Shown here: positions 52,248 to 64,000 of the stretch, piece by piece
Numbering within the stretch: the first letter of the stretch is position 1
Layout: every line of letters starts with the position of its first letter
Origin: an uncultured bacterium
GTDB lineage: Bacteria > Verrucomicrobiota > Verrucomicrobiia > Limisphaerales > UBA8199
Length of the DNA stretch: 64,000 nucleotides
Assembly: GCA_963749495.1 (NCBI GenBank)
Contig: CAVVMW010000006.1
Location: 192,001 to 256,000, forward strand
Direction: 5' to 3'
Made by a program: the position numbers and the translations under genes
The notes under the pieces: model-generated
Told to the model about the DNA's origin: nothing
Database searches by the model: none
What the model saw: the letters and a program-made list of their open reading frames with translations, nothing else

Positions 52248-52700
52248 GGGACGGCTAAGGGTTGAGGGGCGAGAGAAATGACGAATGACGAATGACGAAT
52301 GACGAAGGGGGGAACTCCACATGCTGCGAAAACCCGGGACGGAGGTTCGGGGATGGGCCAGCGGGGGTGCGGGGCGTGGGGGGGCGAGGCAAAGGGGCGC
52401 GGCATTCCCCTGTGCAGCGGGAGCCTGGTCAGTTTCCCAGACCTCGTTGTGGCCCGGTCCCTGCAATGCCCACGCGCGTTCATTTGCCGCCCGAGGGGCG
52501 CCCTCCGCCAACAAAGCCAAGGGGCAGGCGGCGCCTGGCTCGGCCCACTACTCTACTACTACTGGCTTGTGGCAACGAGAAAAGAGGAAAACGTGGACCT
52601 TGTCAATGCATTCCCGCCCGCCGGGATGAGATGGGGCGCATTTGGGCAGTACCACCAACCGGGCGGAAAACGAAAGGGCGCAACCCGGGCGCGCAGGGTT

Positions 52701-52923
52701 CATCCCGGAGGGATGAAAGACGGTAGCCGGGGGTCGAAGCGTGGCGAGACCCCCGGTTGGGCGGCGATGTGGGTCTGCATCCCGGAGGGATGCCAGAAGG
52801 CCACTTGCTGCATGCGTCCGGGCTTCTGGCACCCCGTTCCGGGGTGCTGGCCCTTCTGGCTCTGAACCGGGGGTCGCGCCGACGCCGCGACCCCCGGCTA
52901 CCATCTGGCAACCCGCCGGGTTG
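52701..52923. repeat. REP/REPIN-like composite palindrome (same family as 9391-9613)
   Basis: GGTAGCCGGGGGTCG ... CGACCCCCGGCTACC. Confidence 0.8.
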
Positions 52924-53045
52924 CCCCGAGGCCCGTTGCTCTTGCCTGGACATGGTGGTACTGACGAGATGCGCCCGATGAGATGTCGCCTCCACCGTAT
53001 TCTTGCATCACGTCGGCGCTGTGCCTTAGAATCGCTCTTGCCCGC

Positions 53046-54093
53046 ATGATGACTCTCCGCCAACTCGCTGCCGAGCCGTCCACGCTGCCGACGCGCACAG
53101 CGTGGTATCTGGCCGAGCTGGGCGAAGCGCGCGGCAGACAGGAGTTGTTCACGCGCCAGTCGCCCCAGAAGCTCAAAGTGCTCCGGGAGCACGCGATCAT
53201 CGAGAGCGCCATTTCGTCCAACCGCATTGAGGGCGTCGAGGTGGACCAGTCCCGCATCGGCACACTCATTTTCGGGAGACCGGCGCTTCGGGATCGGGAC
53301 GAAGAGGAAGTGCGCGGCTACCGTGACGCGTTGAAGCTGATCCACGAAACCGGGGCGGGGCTCCCGATTTCCGAAGCGACCATCAAGCGCCTGCACAGGT
53401 TGTGCCGTGGCCAGATCTGGGATGCGGGGGCCTACAAGGCAAGGGACGTGGACATTCTTCAGACCTACCCCGATGGGAGGACGCGCGTCCGGTTCAAGAC
53501 CGTCCCGGCGGACAAGACCCCGGCCGCCATGGCGGAGTTGGTCACCCATTGGGACCGGGTCCTCGTTGAGAAATGGGTGCCCCCGTTCGTGCTGCTTGCC
53601 GCGCTCAACCTCGATTTTCTTTGCATCCACCCTTTCCGGGACGGCAATGGCCGAGTCTCGCGCCTCCTCTTGTTGCTCGCCTGCTATCATTGCGGCCTGG
53701 AGGTGGGCCGCTACATCAGCCTCGAACGGCTCATCGAGCAGAACAAGGAGCGCTATTATGAGGTCCTTGAACAGAGCTCCCGCCGCTGGCACGAAGGCAA
53801 ACACGATTCCTGGCCGACGATCAACTTCCTCCTTTTTGTTCTTACCGAGGCGTGCAGAGAGTTCGAGCAACGGGTCGCTCAGATCAAATCTCCGCGTGGC
53901 GAAAAAACCGCAATGGTGCTCTCCGCGATTGAGCGCCAAGCCGCCCCATTTCGCATCGCCGACCTTCAGGCAGGATGTCCAGGGGTCAGCGTGGATATGA
54001 TTCGCGTCATCCTGAAGCGCCTTCAGCGGGACGGCAAGGTCCGAGCCCCTGGGCACTGGCCGGGGCGCGCGGTGGACCAAAACAGGAAACTAG
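53046..54093 (+). CDS. Fic-domain protein with C-terminal HTH; frameshift ~54048
   Basis: HPFRDGNGR active site, SSNRIEG inhibitory motif; shifted frame ends LGTGRGARWTKTGN*. Confidence 0.92.
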
Positions 54094-54359
54094 GTAATGA
54101 CTCGGAACTAGGTAATAAACTAGGTAACAAGCGGACCGGTGGAAGCGGCACCTTCGGATCCCTCCCCCACGAACCGGCGCCTAACCCGCAAGGTTTTGGA
54201 CTGCGCCAGTCCAAAACGCTCCGCGCCCGGGTACGCCCTTCTGGTTCATGATCCCCGTGCATGATTCCATAACCGTGCGCGCTGCCCATCATTCCGCCCG
54301 GAATGATTCTGCCCAAAATGATTCTGCCTTTTCTGCAGGGCGCAGGACAGAATTCTTCG

Positions 54360-54416
54360 CTGCCGCCTAAAGGCGGCGTTCCGCCGCCAACCGGAACGCC
54401 GCCTTTAGGCGGCAGG
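54360..54416. repeat. Long hairpin between convergent genes
   Basis: CTGCCGCCTAAAGGCGGCGTTCCG ... CGGAACGCCGCCTTTAGGCGGCAG. Confidence 0.8.
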
Positions 54417-54463
54417 ATGGGCGCTCGAAGAAATCGGTCGTGCGCCCTTTTCTGCAGGCCTGA

Positions 54464-54889
54464 TTATTTTGCCTTTGACGCAGTTCGGTACAGATCGTCT
54501 CCAAATGGGACGGCCGTGTCCTCCCAGACTCTGTTGGGGCCGGCGGAGCGGATGAGCACTTCGGTGTCGGAGAAGTAGAATTGGAGCGGCGTGCCCCACG
54601 GGTCCACAATCTCCCCTTTTTCATTGAGTTCGCTGTGATTGCGGGCGGTCAGGATGACGACCTTTTTCTCGCCGCGGCCCAGGAGGTCTTTAGTGATGCA
54701 GGCATTGTTGCCGGTTGGGTAGTTACCCGTGAACTCCCGGTATTGTTGCAGGCTCAGGATGAGGTTGTCGGCCACGGAATTGAACCTGGCGACGTTGAGA
54801 TCGAGTTGGCGCTGGCTCCAGGTCTTGCTCGCCCACAAGGCGCCTGCGAGGCCTGCCACGACAACCAGGATGGCAAGGGCTTTCTTCAT
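54464..54889 (-). CDS. GspG/pseudopilin-like protein (T2SS-G C-terminal motif)
   Basis: N-terminal TM; YP; VDPWGTP; IRSAGPN..DD; no canonical prepilin cleavage site. Confidence 0.75.
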   Translation of the reverse strand: MKKALAILVVVAGLAGALWASKTWSQRQLDLNVARFNSVADNLILSLQQYREFTGNYPTGNNACITKDLLGRGEKKVVILTARNHSELNEKGEIVDPWGTPLQFYFSDTEVLIRSAGPNRVWEDTAVPFGDDLYRTASKAK

Positions 54890-55911
54890 ACAAGTGGGGG
54901 TGCAGCAGGAGGGATGCCGGTACTGGCGCGCACGACCAGTTCGGCGGGCAAGGGTTTGAGGTCTGGGCGCTGGCCGCGCAGGAGTTGCTGCATGGCGGCC
55001 ACCGCCGCCGAGCCGAGGCGGTACTTGGGCTGGCGGACCGTGGTCAGGGGGACCTGGAAATAGTCGCCGAAAGCGACATTGCCGAAGCCGGCCAGGGAGA
55101 GGTCCTCGGGGATGCGCAGGCCATGCTGGAGGAAGACCTGCGCGCAGCCCAGGGCAACGAGGTCATTGACGGCCAGCACGGCGGTGGCGGGGGCGGACTC
55201 GGCGAGCATTTGGGCTGCGGCCTTGGCGCCTTCCTCGGGCGTGCGGCCCGCCTGGAAGACGAGCTTGTCGTCCACGTCCAGGCCCGACTCGCGCAAGGCG
55301 CGGCGATAGCCCTCGAAGCGCTGCTCGGCCCAGGGTGTGGCCGGGGGGCCGGCCAGGAAGGCCACGCGCTTGTGGCCCAGCTTGAGCAGGTGGCGGGTGA
55401 CGGCGTAGCTGCCGAGCAGGTCGTCGGCCTCGACGCAAACGAACTGGTTGCAGAAGGGGGCCGGATGGCCCAGCAGGACGGTGGGGACGCGCCGTGCCAG
55501 CAAATCCTGATAGACCCGCGCCTCGGTGGCAATCCGATAGACCGGGGCAATGAACAGCCCGTCCACGCGCCGCGCCAGGAAGCGGCGGATGCAGGCATCC
55601 TCGCGCTCCGGGATATTGAGCGTGTGGGCCAGGAGCACGTCGTAGCCCATTTCGTAGGCGCGCTCCTCGACGGCCAGCACCAGCCGGCTCAGGAACGGGT
55701 CGGCACAGGAGGCCACTGCCAGGCCGAAGAGCTTGGTCGTGCGGTTGCGCAGGCCCTGCGCGGTTGAGTCGGGCACGTAACCCATTTGCTGGGCCAGCAG
55801 CTTGAGGCGGGTCTTGGTCTTGGCGGAGACATCCGGGGCGTCCCGCAGGGCCTTGGAGACGGTCATCACCGAGACCGCCGCCGCTTGCGCAATGTCTTTG
55901 AGTCGAACCAT
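54886..55911 (-). CDS. LacI family transcriptional regulator
   Basis: LKDIAQAAAVSVMTVSKAL, GYVP, ND..ALG, PLTTVRQP. Confidence 0.95.
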   Translation of the reverse strand: MVRLKDIAQAAAVSVMTVSKALRDAPDVSAKTKTRLKLLAQQMGYVPDSTAQGLRNRTTKLFGLAVASCADPFLSRLVLAVEERAYEMGYDVLLAHTLNIPEREDACIRRFLARRVDGLFIAPVYRIATEARVYQDLLARRVPTVLLGHPAPFCNQFVCVEADDLLGSYAVTRHLLKLGHKRVAFLAGPPATPWAEQRFEGYRRALRESGLDVDDKLVFQAGRTPEEGAKAAAQMLAESAPATAVLAVNDLVALGCAQVFLQHGLRIPEDLSLAGFGNVAFGDYFQVPLTTVRQPKYRLGSAAVAAMQQLLRGQRPDLKPLPAELVVRASTGIPPAAPPLV

Positions 55912-55915
55912 AGTC

Positions 55916-56800
55916 TCACATCGTCGCGCCCCGCCAGTGCAGCTTGCGCCTCAAGGTCTCACAAAACGAACTGCCCGCCAGTTGCATGAGCCGCACCGTG
56001 CGGCGGCTGCGGCGCACCGTGATCCGGTCGCCCACCGCCAGTTCACTCATCACCTGCCCGTCGGCGCTCAGAATCGTCGCCAGCCTCGGGCTGACCACCG
56101 TCACCTCGATGGTCGCGCTCAGCGGCACGATCAAGGCGCGGTTGGAGAGCGTATGGGGACAGATCGGCGTCAGTGCCAGCACGGCGGCGGTCGGAAAGAC
56201 CACAGCGCCCCCGGCCGCCAGGAAATAGGCGGTGGAGCCGGTCGGCGAGCTGACGATCAGTCCGTCGCACCGGTAGCGCGTCAGCAAGTCGCCGTCCACG
56301 CGCACGTCCAGTTCGATGAGCCTGGAGAAGATGCCGCGGCTGATGACCAGGTCGTTCAAGGCGGTCTGCTCGATGGTGCGGCCGCCGCACCGGGCGGCGG
56401 CCTGGAGCAGGACGCGGTTTTCGAAGCGGAATTCGCCTTTCCAGACGTGCTCCAGGGCCCGGGGCAACTGGTCGGAGGGGACCGCCGTCAGGAAGCCCAG
56501 GCTGCCGATGTTGATTCCCAGCAACGGCGTGCGCGAGCCGGCTATCTCGCGGGCCACGCGCAGGATGGTGCCGTCGCCCCCGAAGACCAGGAGCAAATCC
56601 ACCTGGCGGGCGAGCGTGGCGGCGTCCGTGGCCAGGGCCGCTTTGATCTTCGCCAGTTCCGCGGTGGCGGGGTCGCTGTAGAGCTTGCGCCCGGCCGCCA
56701 GCACCAGGCGCGCCGCCTCGCCTACGGCGTCGAAGGCCTCGGCCTTGTCCGAGTTGCCGAGCAGCCCCACGTTCTTGATCGTATCAGGCAGCTTTTTCAA
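55916..56800 (-). CDS. nadK: NAD(+) kinase
   Basis: GGDGTIL, GSLGFL, ALND, DGLIVSSPTGSTAY, PICPH. Confidence 0.95.
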   Translation of the reverse strand: MKKLPDTIKNVGLLGNSDKAEAFDAVGEAARLVLAAGRKLYSDPATAELAKIKAALATDAATLARQVDLLLVFGGDGTILRVAREIAGSRTPLLGINIGSLGFLTAVPSDQLPRALEHVWKGEFRFENRVLLQAAARCGGRTIEQTALNDLVISRGIFSRLIELDVRVDGDLLTRYRCDGLIVSSPTGSTAYFLAAGGAVVFPTAAVLALTPICPHTLSNRALIVPLSATIEVTVVSPRLATILSADGQVMSELAVGDRITVRRSRRTVRLMQLAGSSFCETLRRKLHWRGATM

Positions 56801-57526
56801 GCAGCACCAGGAACTCTTTATTGCCCGCCAGCCGAGCACCGGGGACTCCGTTACACTGCGCCAATGCAGGCTGGGGAGGCCCGCCACAAATTCCGCCAGC
56901 TCGCGCAACACGCGCTGGTGGATCGCCGGGTCGCGGATCACCCCGGCGCCCCGGTCTGCCTCGGCCTTTCCGGCCTCGAATTGTGGCTTGACCAGCGCCA
57001 CTATTCTACCGGATGGCCGCAACAATGCAACGGCAGGCGCGATGATTTTGCGCAGCGAGATGAACGAGCAATCAATCACCACCAGGTCAACGGCGTCAAA
57101 CGGCGGGGGGAAATGCGACGCAGTCAGTTCTCGGGCGTTGATCCGCTCCATCACCACCACGCGGGGGTCGCGGCGCAGTGTCCAGGCCAGTTGGCCCCGG
57201 CCTACGTCCACCGCATAGACCCGCGCCGCCCCCCGCTGCAGCAGGCAGTCGGTGAATCCGCCGGTCGAAGCGCCCAGATCGAGCGCGGTCAGGCCACGGA
57301 CCTCCAGTCCAAAACATTCCAGCGCGTGCTCGAGCTTGGCCCCGCCGCGGCTGACAAACCTCTCCGGCGCGGCCAGCTCAAGCTGGTCCCCAGGCCGGAC
57401 CGCATCGCTCGCCTTGCGGGCCAACTGGCCGTTGACCCGCACGCGCCCCCCCAGGATGGCGCGCCGGGCCTGCTCCCGGCTCGGACTCAGCCCCCGCTCG
57501 ACCAATGCCTGATCCAATCGGCCCAT
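56784..57526 (-). CDS. tlyA: TlyA family rRNA methyltransferase; frameshift ~56830
   Basis: RLDQALV, FVSRGGAKL, DLGASTGGFTD, SFISL, LVKPQFE; shifted frame GNKEFL. Confidence 0.93.
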
Positions 57527-57718
57527 AAGAATAAGAATACTCTGCCGGCCTGAACCGCGCCATCCAGGAGTCGGTTGCTGGCACCCCCGGCGGTGTCGGA
57601 CCGGTCGGACCGGTCGGACCAGTCGGACCCTTGCCCTTGCCATCCCCGCCGATGGGGGCGAATCTAGCGGTGATGCCGATCGGAATTTCGACGCCCCTGA
57701 TTCCTGCCCCGCGCCCCT

Positions 57719-58492
57719 GTGAATCTGCACTATGAAACCTGGGGCCACGGCCCGCCGCTGGCGGTCTTGCACGGCCTGTTCGGCTCGCTGGACAACTGGC
57801 ACAGTGTGTCCAGGGACCTGGCCGGACAGTTCGAGGTGCTGGCCATCGACCAGCGAAACCACGGCCGCTCGCCCCACAGCCCGAAAATGAGCTACCCGCT
57901 GCTGGCCCAGGACTTGCGCGAGTTCCTCGAGCAGCGCGGCCTGGGCCGCGTCTCGGTCCTGGGCCATTCGATGGGCGGCAAGACGGCGATGGAATTCGCA
58001 CTGCGCTGGCCCGTGTGCCTCGACAAGCTGATCGTCGTCGAGATGGCTCCCAGGGCCTACCCGGCGCTCCACGACCCCATGCTCGAGGCCCTCCTGGCCC
58101 TGGACCTGGCGGCCTGCCCCGGCCGCCAGCAAATGGAGGCCGCCTTGGAGCCGGCCATCCCGAGCAAGACAACGCGCCGGTTCCTGCTCAAGAACGTCGA
58201 GCGCGACCCCGGCAGCGGCGTCTTCCGGTGGAGGATGAACTTGCAGGGCATCTCTGAGAATTATCCGCGGCTCTGTGAGCCCTTGGCGCCGGGCCGCAGT
58301 TGCGCCCGGCCGGCGCTCTTTCTCCGGGGTGGCGAGTCCGATTACCTTCGGCCGGAGGATTTTGAAGGGATTCGCAGCCTCTTTCCCAACGCCCGGTTTC
58401 GCGCGCTGGCCGGCGCCGGCCACTGGGTCCATGCCGATGCCCCGGAAGAGTTCCTGCGGATAGTCCGGGAGTTCCTGGAGGAAGATGCTTAG
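57719..58492 (+). CDS. Alpha/beta hydrolase (YbfF/ABHD11-like esterase)
   Basis: LHGLFGSLDNW, RNHGRS, GHSMGGK, AGHWVHAD. Confidence 0.92.
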   Translation: MNLHYETWGHGPPLAVLHGLFGSLDNWHSVSRDLAGQFEVLAIDQRNHGRSPHSPKMSYPLLAQDLREFLEQRGLGRVSVLGHSMGGKTAMEFALRWPVCLDKLIVVEMAPRAYPALHDPMLEALLALDLAACPGRQQMEAALEPAIPSKTTRRFLLKNVERDPGSGVFRWRMNLQGISENYPRLCEPLAPGRSCARPALFLRGGESDYLRPEDFEGIRSLFPNARFRALAGAGHWVHADAPEEFLRIVREFLEEDA

Positions 58493-58670
58493 AGACAGCG
58501 GCGAAATTAACCGCAAAGAACGCAGAGAACACAAAGAGCCCGGAATCAAGGCGTTTCTTTGCGCTCTTTGCGTTCTTTGCGGTTAATTCTGCAACCGCCT
58601 CTTAATTGTTTCCTTACTTGACTCCATATGCCCGGCCTTCGACAATTCAAGCTAGAGTTTCATCGGCTCT

Positions 58671-60565
<1,895 letters not shown>

Positions 60566-60746
60566 TGCGGCGGCCCTCCGGAATCCGGGCAGGGACAAAA
60601 GGGACAAAAGGGACAAAAGGGACGCCCGGACGGCGGCGCGTGGGCAGCGCCAGAGATTAAGACCGATCTTCAGGGCCATTCGTCATTCGTCATTCGTCAT
60701 TCATTGCCATCGCCCCCTGTCTCTGGCATGTTCAGCCCGCGAGTCT

Positions 60747-62255
60747 ATGAAGAATGCCTTGCTGGCAGCGGCCCTGCTGTGCGGCCCATGGCCGGGGCGA
60801 GGCGGCGAACAGGACTGGTTCGTCCCGCTGGGACCCCCGCCGCAAGCCGCGCCCCGGCGCATCTCGGGAGGCGAGGCCTTTCCTCCACTGCCCCTGCCGG
60901 CCACGCCCCTGCGCCGCACGGAACGCAAACGCGAACCCAGTCCGCCCAAACTCGCCGCCAAAGTCATCTGGGGCCAGAGCGCCTCGTTCACCTATGACAA
61001 CGGCACCAGCACCAAGGTGGCCGATTGGAACCTCTGCCCGGGCGACCTGCAACAATTGATGAAGCGCGCCAGCGAGCGCCTCGGCACCGCCTACGGCAGC
61101 GACAGCCTCAGCCTGGCCTCCTTTGACGGCGACCCTGCCAAGACCCCCGTCCTGTTCTTCAGCGGCGTGCGCACCATCAAGTTCGCCCCGCACGAACTGG
61201 AGAGCTTGCGCGACTATGTCTTGCGCGGCGGCATGATCCTGGCCGACAGCATCGCCGGGTCGCCCTACTTTTACGATTCGTTCCGCGCCGCCATGGAAAA
61301 GGCATTCCCGGAACTGCGCTGGCGCCTGCTCCCGGAGGATCACCCCGTGTATCATACCCTCACCGACGTGTACAAGGTGAGCTACCCGAAGAACCTCAAC
61401 TCCGATCGCCCCTGGCTGGAGGCCCTTTACATTTATTCGCGCGCCGGCGTGGTGCTCTCCAAGTACGGCCTGGGCTGCGGCTGGGACGACCACGAGGTCC
61501 CCCTGCTCAAACAGGCGGTGTACTACGACGTTGACTCGGCCAACCGGCTTGGCATCAACCTCATCGCCTACGCCGTGGGTTACGCCCGGGTGGGACGCCA
61601 GGAGGCCAAGCCGGAGCTTTACGGCGCCCTCGACCAAAAGCACCCCACCGACGAGTTCATCTTCGCCCAGGTCAAGCATGAGGGCGCCTGGAACCCTCAC
61701 AGCGGCGGCGCCAGCCGCCTGCTGGAGGAACTGCGCCGGACCACCGCCCTGCGCGTCAGCCTCAAGCGCGTCGCGGTCGAGCCCGGCAAAAACGACCTCT
61801 CCCATTTCACCTTCCTTTACCTGACCGGGCTGGACGATTTTCACCTGGACGCCGATGCCCTCTCGGCGCTGAAGCGGTTCCTGGAGGGCGGCGGGACCCT
61901 CCTCGTCAACAACGCTCTGGGCCTGCAGACCTTCGACCAGGCCGCCCGCCGCGAACTCAAGAGGGTCCTGCCCAATGCCGATTTGAGCCCGCTTCCCCCA
62001 ACCCATCCCATCTTCAGCACTCTCAACAAGGTGACCGAGTCCAAATACACGCCCGCTGCCCTGGCCCAAAAACCGGGCCTGAACCAACCGTGGCTGGAGG
62101 GCATCTCCCTCAAGGGCGATCTCAAGGTCATTTACAGCCCGTTCGACCTGGAGGCCGGATGGCAAGGGCTGGATTATCCACTGGCCCGGGCCTACGAACC
62201 CAACTCCGCCCTCCAATTGGGTGTCAACATCATCATCTACGCCATGACTCACTAA
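60747..62255 (+). CDS. Secreted protein with two DUF4159-like domains
   Basis: Repeated module LRDYVLRGG..LP.DHPVY..LEAL and LKRFLEGGG..LPPTHPIF..LEGI..LGVNIIIYAMTH. Confidence 0.75.
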   Translation: MKNALLAAALLCGPWPGRGGEQDWFVPLGPPPQAAPRRISGGEAFPPLPLPATPLRRTERKREPSPPKLAAKVIWGQSASFTYDNGTSTKVADWNLCPGDLQQLMKRASERLGTAYGSDSLSLASFDGDPAKTPVLFFSGVRTIKFAPHELESLRDYVLRGGMILADSIAGSPYFYDSFRAAMEKAFPELRWRLLPEDHPVYHTLTDVYKVSYPKNLNSDRPWLEALYIYSRAGVVLSKYGLGCGWDDHEVPLLKQAVYYDVDSANRLGINLIAYAVGYARVGRQEAKPELYGALDQKHPTDEFIFAQVKHEGAWNPHSGGASRLLEELRRTTALRVSLKRVAVEPGKNDLSHFTFLYLTGLDDFHLDADALSALKRFLEGGGTLLVNNALGLQTFDQAARRELKRVLPNADLSPLPPTHPIFSTLNKVTESKYTPAALAQKPGLNQPWLEGISLKGDLKVIYSPFDLEAGWQGLDYPLARAYEPNSALQLGVNIIIYAMTH

Positions 62256-62260
62256 GCAAC

Positions 62261-62335
62261 CGAGGGTCGAGGGTCGAGGGTCGAGGGGAGCAGGCGCCGC
62301 CCATCACTCGTCCCCCGTCCCTCGCCCCTCGCCCC
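62261..62335. repeat. Inverted heptamer arrays GAGGGTC / CCCTCGC
   Basis: Same unit as the array inside acnA. Confidence 0.8.
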
Positions 62336-63790
62336 ATGCCAACACTCGTTTATCAATTCCAGGACCAGGAACACCGGTTCGCGTTCATCAACCATGCCAC
62401 AATCGGGCGCGTGCAGGGCAACGACCTCTGCGTGCCCTGCGAATTGATGTCCGCCCGCCATGCCTTCATCCTCCGCGCCGGCGAGGACTTCCGCCTGGTG
62501 GACCAGGAGAGCAGCAACGGGGTGCTCGTGGACGAGCAGCGGGTCTCCTCGGTGACCCTTTGCGACGGTTCGCGATTTCGCCTGGGCGCGGTCGAGTTTG
62601 TGTTCCATGCGGCAACCGAGGGCGGCGGGGCCGGGGTGGTTGCGGGACTGGCACAGGGGCCTGTGTCGGCGCAGGTCCCGGTGGCGGCCGGGCCGCCGCC
62701 CGCGGAAACGCACGCGCAGCCGGCCACGGCGCCGCCATCGCGGGTCGAGCACGAGCCGCCCGTTGTGGGAGAGCCGTCCCCGGTTGCTGCGGCCCCGCAG
62801 ACTCCCGAGCAGGTCATCGCCCGTTTCAAGACCGCCCGCGAGCGCATTCTGGAGGAGATCGGCAAGACCATCATCGGACAGAAAGAAACCCTGAACCAGA
62901 TGCTGGTGTCGCTTTTTGCGCGCGGCCATTGCTTGCTGATTGGTGTGCCGGGCCTGGCCAAGACGCTGATGGTCAAGGTGCTGGGCAGCGCGGTGGACCT
63001 TCAGGCCACCCGGATTCAGTTCACGCCCGACCTCATGCCCTCGGACATCACCGGCACCGACATCCTCGAAGAGGATTCGCTGAGCGGCAAACGCCGCTTC
63101 CGTTTCCACCGCGGCCCCCTGTTCACGAACCTGCTCCTGGCCGATGAAATCAATCGCACGCCGCCCAAGACCCAGGCGGCCCTGCTCGAAGCCATGCAGG
63201 AACATCGCGTCACCATCTCCGGCACCGGCTACGACCTGCCCGAGCCGTTTATGGTCCTGGCGACGCAGAACCCGATCGAGCAGGAGGGCACTTATCCGCT
63301 GCCGGAGGCCCAACTCGACCGGTTCATGTTCTGCATCCACCTCACCTATCCGAACGCGCAGGAAGAACAGCAGGTGATTCTGGAGACCACGCGCGACGCC
63401 CAAACCGTGCCCAACCGCGTCCTCAATGCCGCGCAAATCCTCGAACTCCAGCACCTGGTCCGGCAGGTGCCCGTCAGCCAGCACGTCGCCCTCTACGCCC
63501 TCAATCTCATCCGGGCCACACGCCCCAACCTCCCGGGGGCGCCGGACTTCATCAACCGCTGGGTGCGGTGGGGCGCCGGCACCCGCGCCGGCCAATACCT
63601 GCTCCTGGCCGCCAAAGCCCATGTCCTGCTCCAGGGCCGCTTCAGCGTCTCCTGCGCCGACATCCGGGAATATGCCTTGCCCGTCCTGCGCCACCGCATC
63701 TTCCCCAACTTCACCGCGGCCAGCGAGGGCGTGAACACCGACCAGATCGTGGGCAAGGTGGTCGAGGCGGTGAAAGAACCCAAGTACTAA
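62336..63790 (+). CDS. FHA domain - MoxR AAA+ ATPase fusion
   Basis: FHA: IGR..ND..SARHA..D.ESSNG; Pro/Ala linker; MoxR: GVPGLAKT, RIQFTPDLMPSD, ADEINR, ATQNPIEQEGTYPLPEAQLDRF. Confidence 0.92.
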   Translation: MPTLVYQFQDQEHRFAFINHATIGRVQGNDLCVPCELMSARHAFILRAGEDFRLVDQESSNGVLVDEQRVSSVTLCDGSRFRLGAVEFVFHAATEGGGAGVVAGLAQGPVSAQVPVAAGPPPAETHAQPATAPPSRVEHEPPVVGEPSPVAAAPQTPEQVIARFKTARERILEEIGKTIIGQKETLNQMLVSLFARGHCLLIGVPGLAKTLMVKVLGSAVDLQATRIQFTPDLMPSDITGTDILEEDSLSGKRRFRFHRGPLFTNLLLADEINRTPPKTQAALLEAMQEHRVTISGTGYDLPEPFMVLATQNPIEQEGTYPLPEAQLDRFMFCIHLTYPNAQEEQQVILETTRDAQTVPNRVLNAAQILELQHLVRQVPVSQHVALYALNLIRATRPNLPGAPDFINRWVRWGAGTRAGQYLLLAAKAHVLLQGRFSVSCADIREYALPVLRHRIFPNFTAASEGVNTDQIVGKVVEAVKEPKY

Positions 63791-63886
63791 TGCCAGTTAT
63801 CTCTCTTAGCGCAACCGACGCGTCCGACCGGTCCGACGCGCCGGACCGGTCTGACCCGTCTGGCTCCGCGCCCAGGCTCCGCGTTC

Positions 63887-64000
63887 ATGGCCACCACCTA
63901 TAAGTTCCTGCCCGCCGAGTTGGCGGACCGGTTGCGGGGGCTGGGATTGAGCGTGCGCAAGCCGGTCGAGGGGGCGCTGCAAGGGCTGCACCGCTCGCCG
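63887..64000 (+). CDS. DUF58 protein, 5' part (runs off window)
   Basis: MATTYKFLPAELADRLRGLGLSVRKPVEGALQGLHRSP directly after moxR. Confidence 0.8.
   Translation, partial: MATTYKFLPAELADRLRGLGLSVRKPVEGALQGLHRSP

Noticed and set aside
55916..58549. 877-aa ORF suggesting a TlyA-NAD kinase fusion
   Set aside because: Made by one indel near 56830 plus antisense read-through of the hydrolase; TlyA's normal GNKEFL end and nadK's TTG start are both present.

Overview
High-GC bacterial chromosomal window. It is most likely Verrucomicrobiota (Pedosphaera/Limisphaera-like); this is inferred from the pilB-pilT-pilB-pilC operon, a DUF1559-type prepilin and secreted proteins ending in an 'RFYR' domain. 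Many ordinary genes carry single-base frameshifts, so the sequence looks like an unpolished long-read assembly. Contents in order: beta-propeller/phosphoesterase, MacAB-like ABC exporter, internally deleted RAYT transposase, S53 protease, prepilin, sugar porter, and a sigma-28 flagellar filament cluster (fliD, two short fliC with conserved GGA-hairpin leaders, lipoprotein, flgM-like, fliS, chaperone-like) interrupted by moaE-moaD-hpt. Then a type IV pilus motor operon, housekeeping genes, hflX-radC, acnA, Fic, LacI/nadK/tlyA, rpoD and a DUF4159/FHA-MoxR/DUF58 operon. The most unusual locus is 39.4-47.5 kb. A large secreted Asp-box beta-propeller protein is followed by four paralogous 'copper-less cupredoxin + Ig' genes, and three of them are preceded by a start-less alternative C-terminal tip of the large protein. 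Two tips begin at the same conserved junction, and the block is bracketed by radC and a radC remnant. This resembles orphan tip/partner cassettes of polymorphic systems, but the cargo does not look like a toxin. Intergenic DNA is full of short-period (7/9/12-nt) inverted tandem repeats, REP-like elements and a MITE. I recognised no rRNA, tRNA or CRISPR array.
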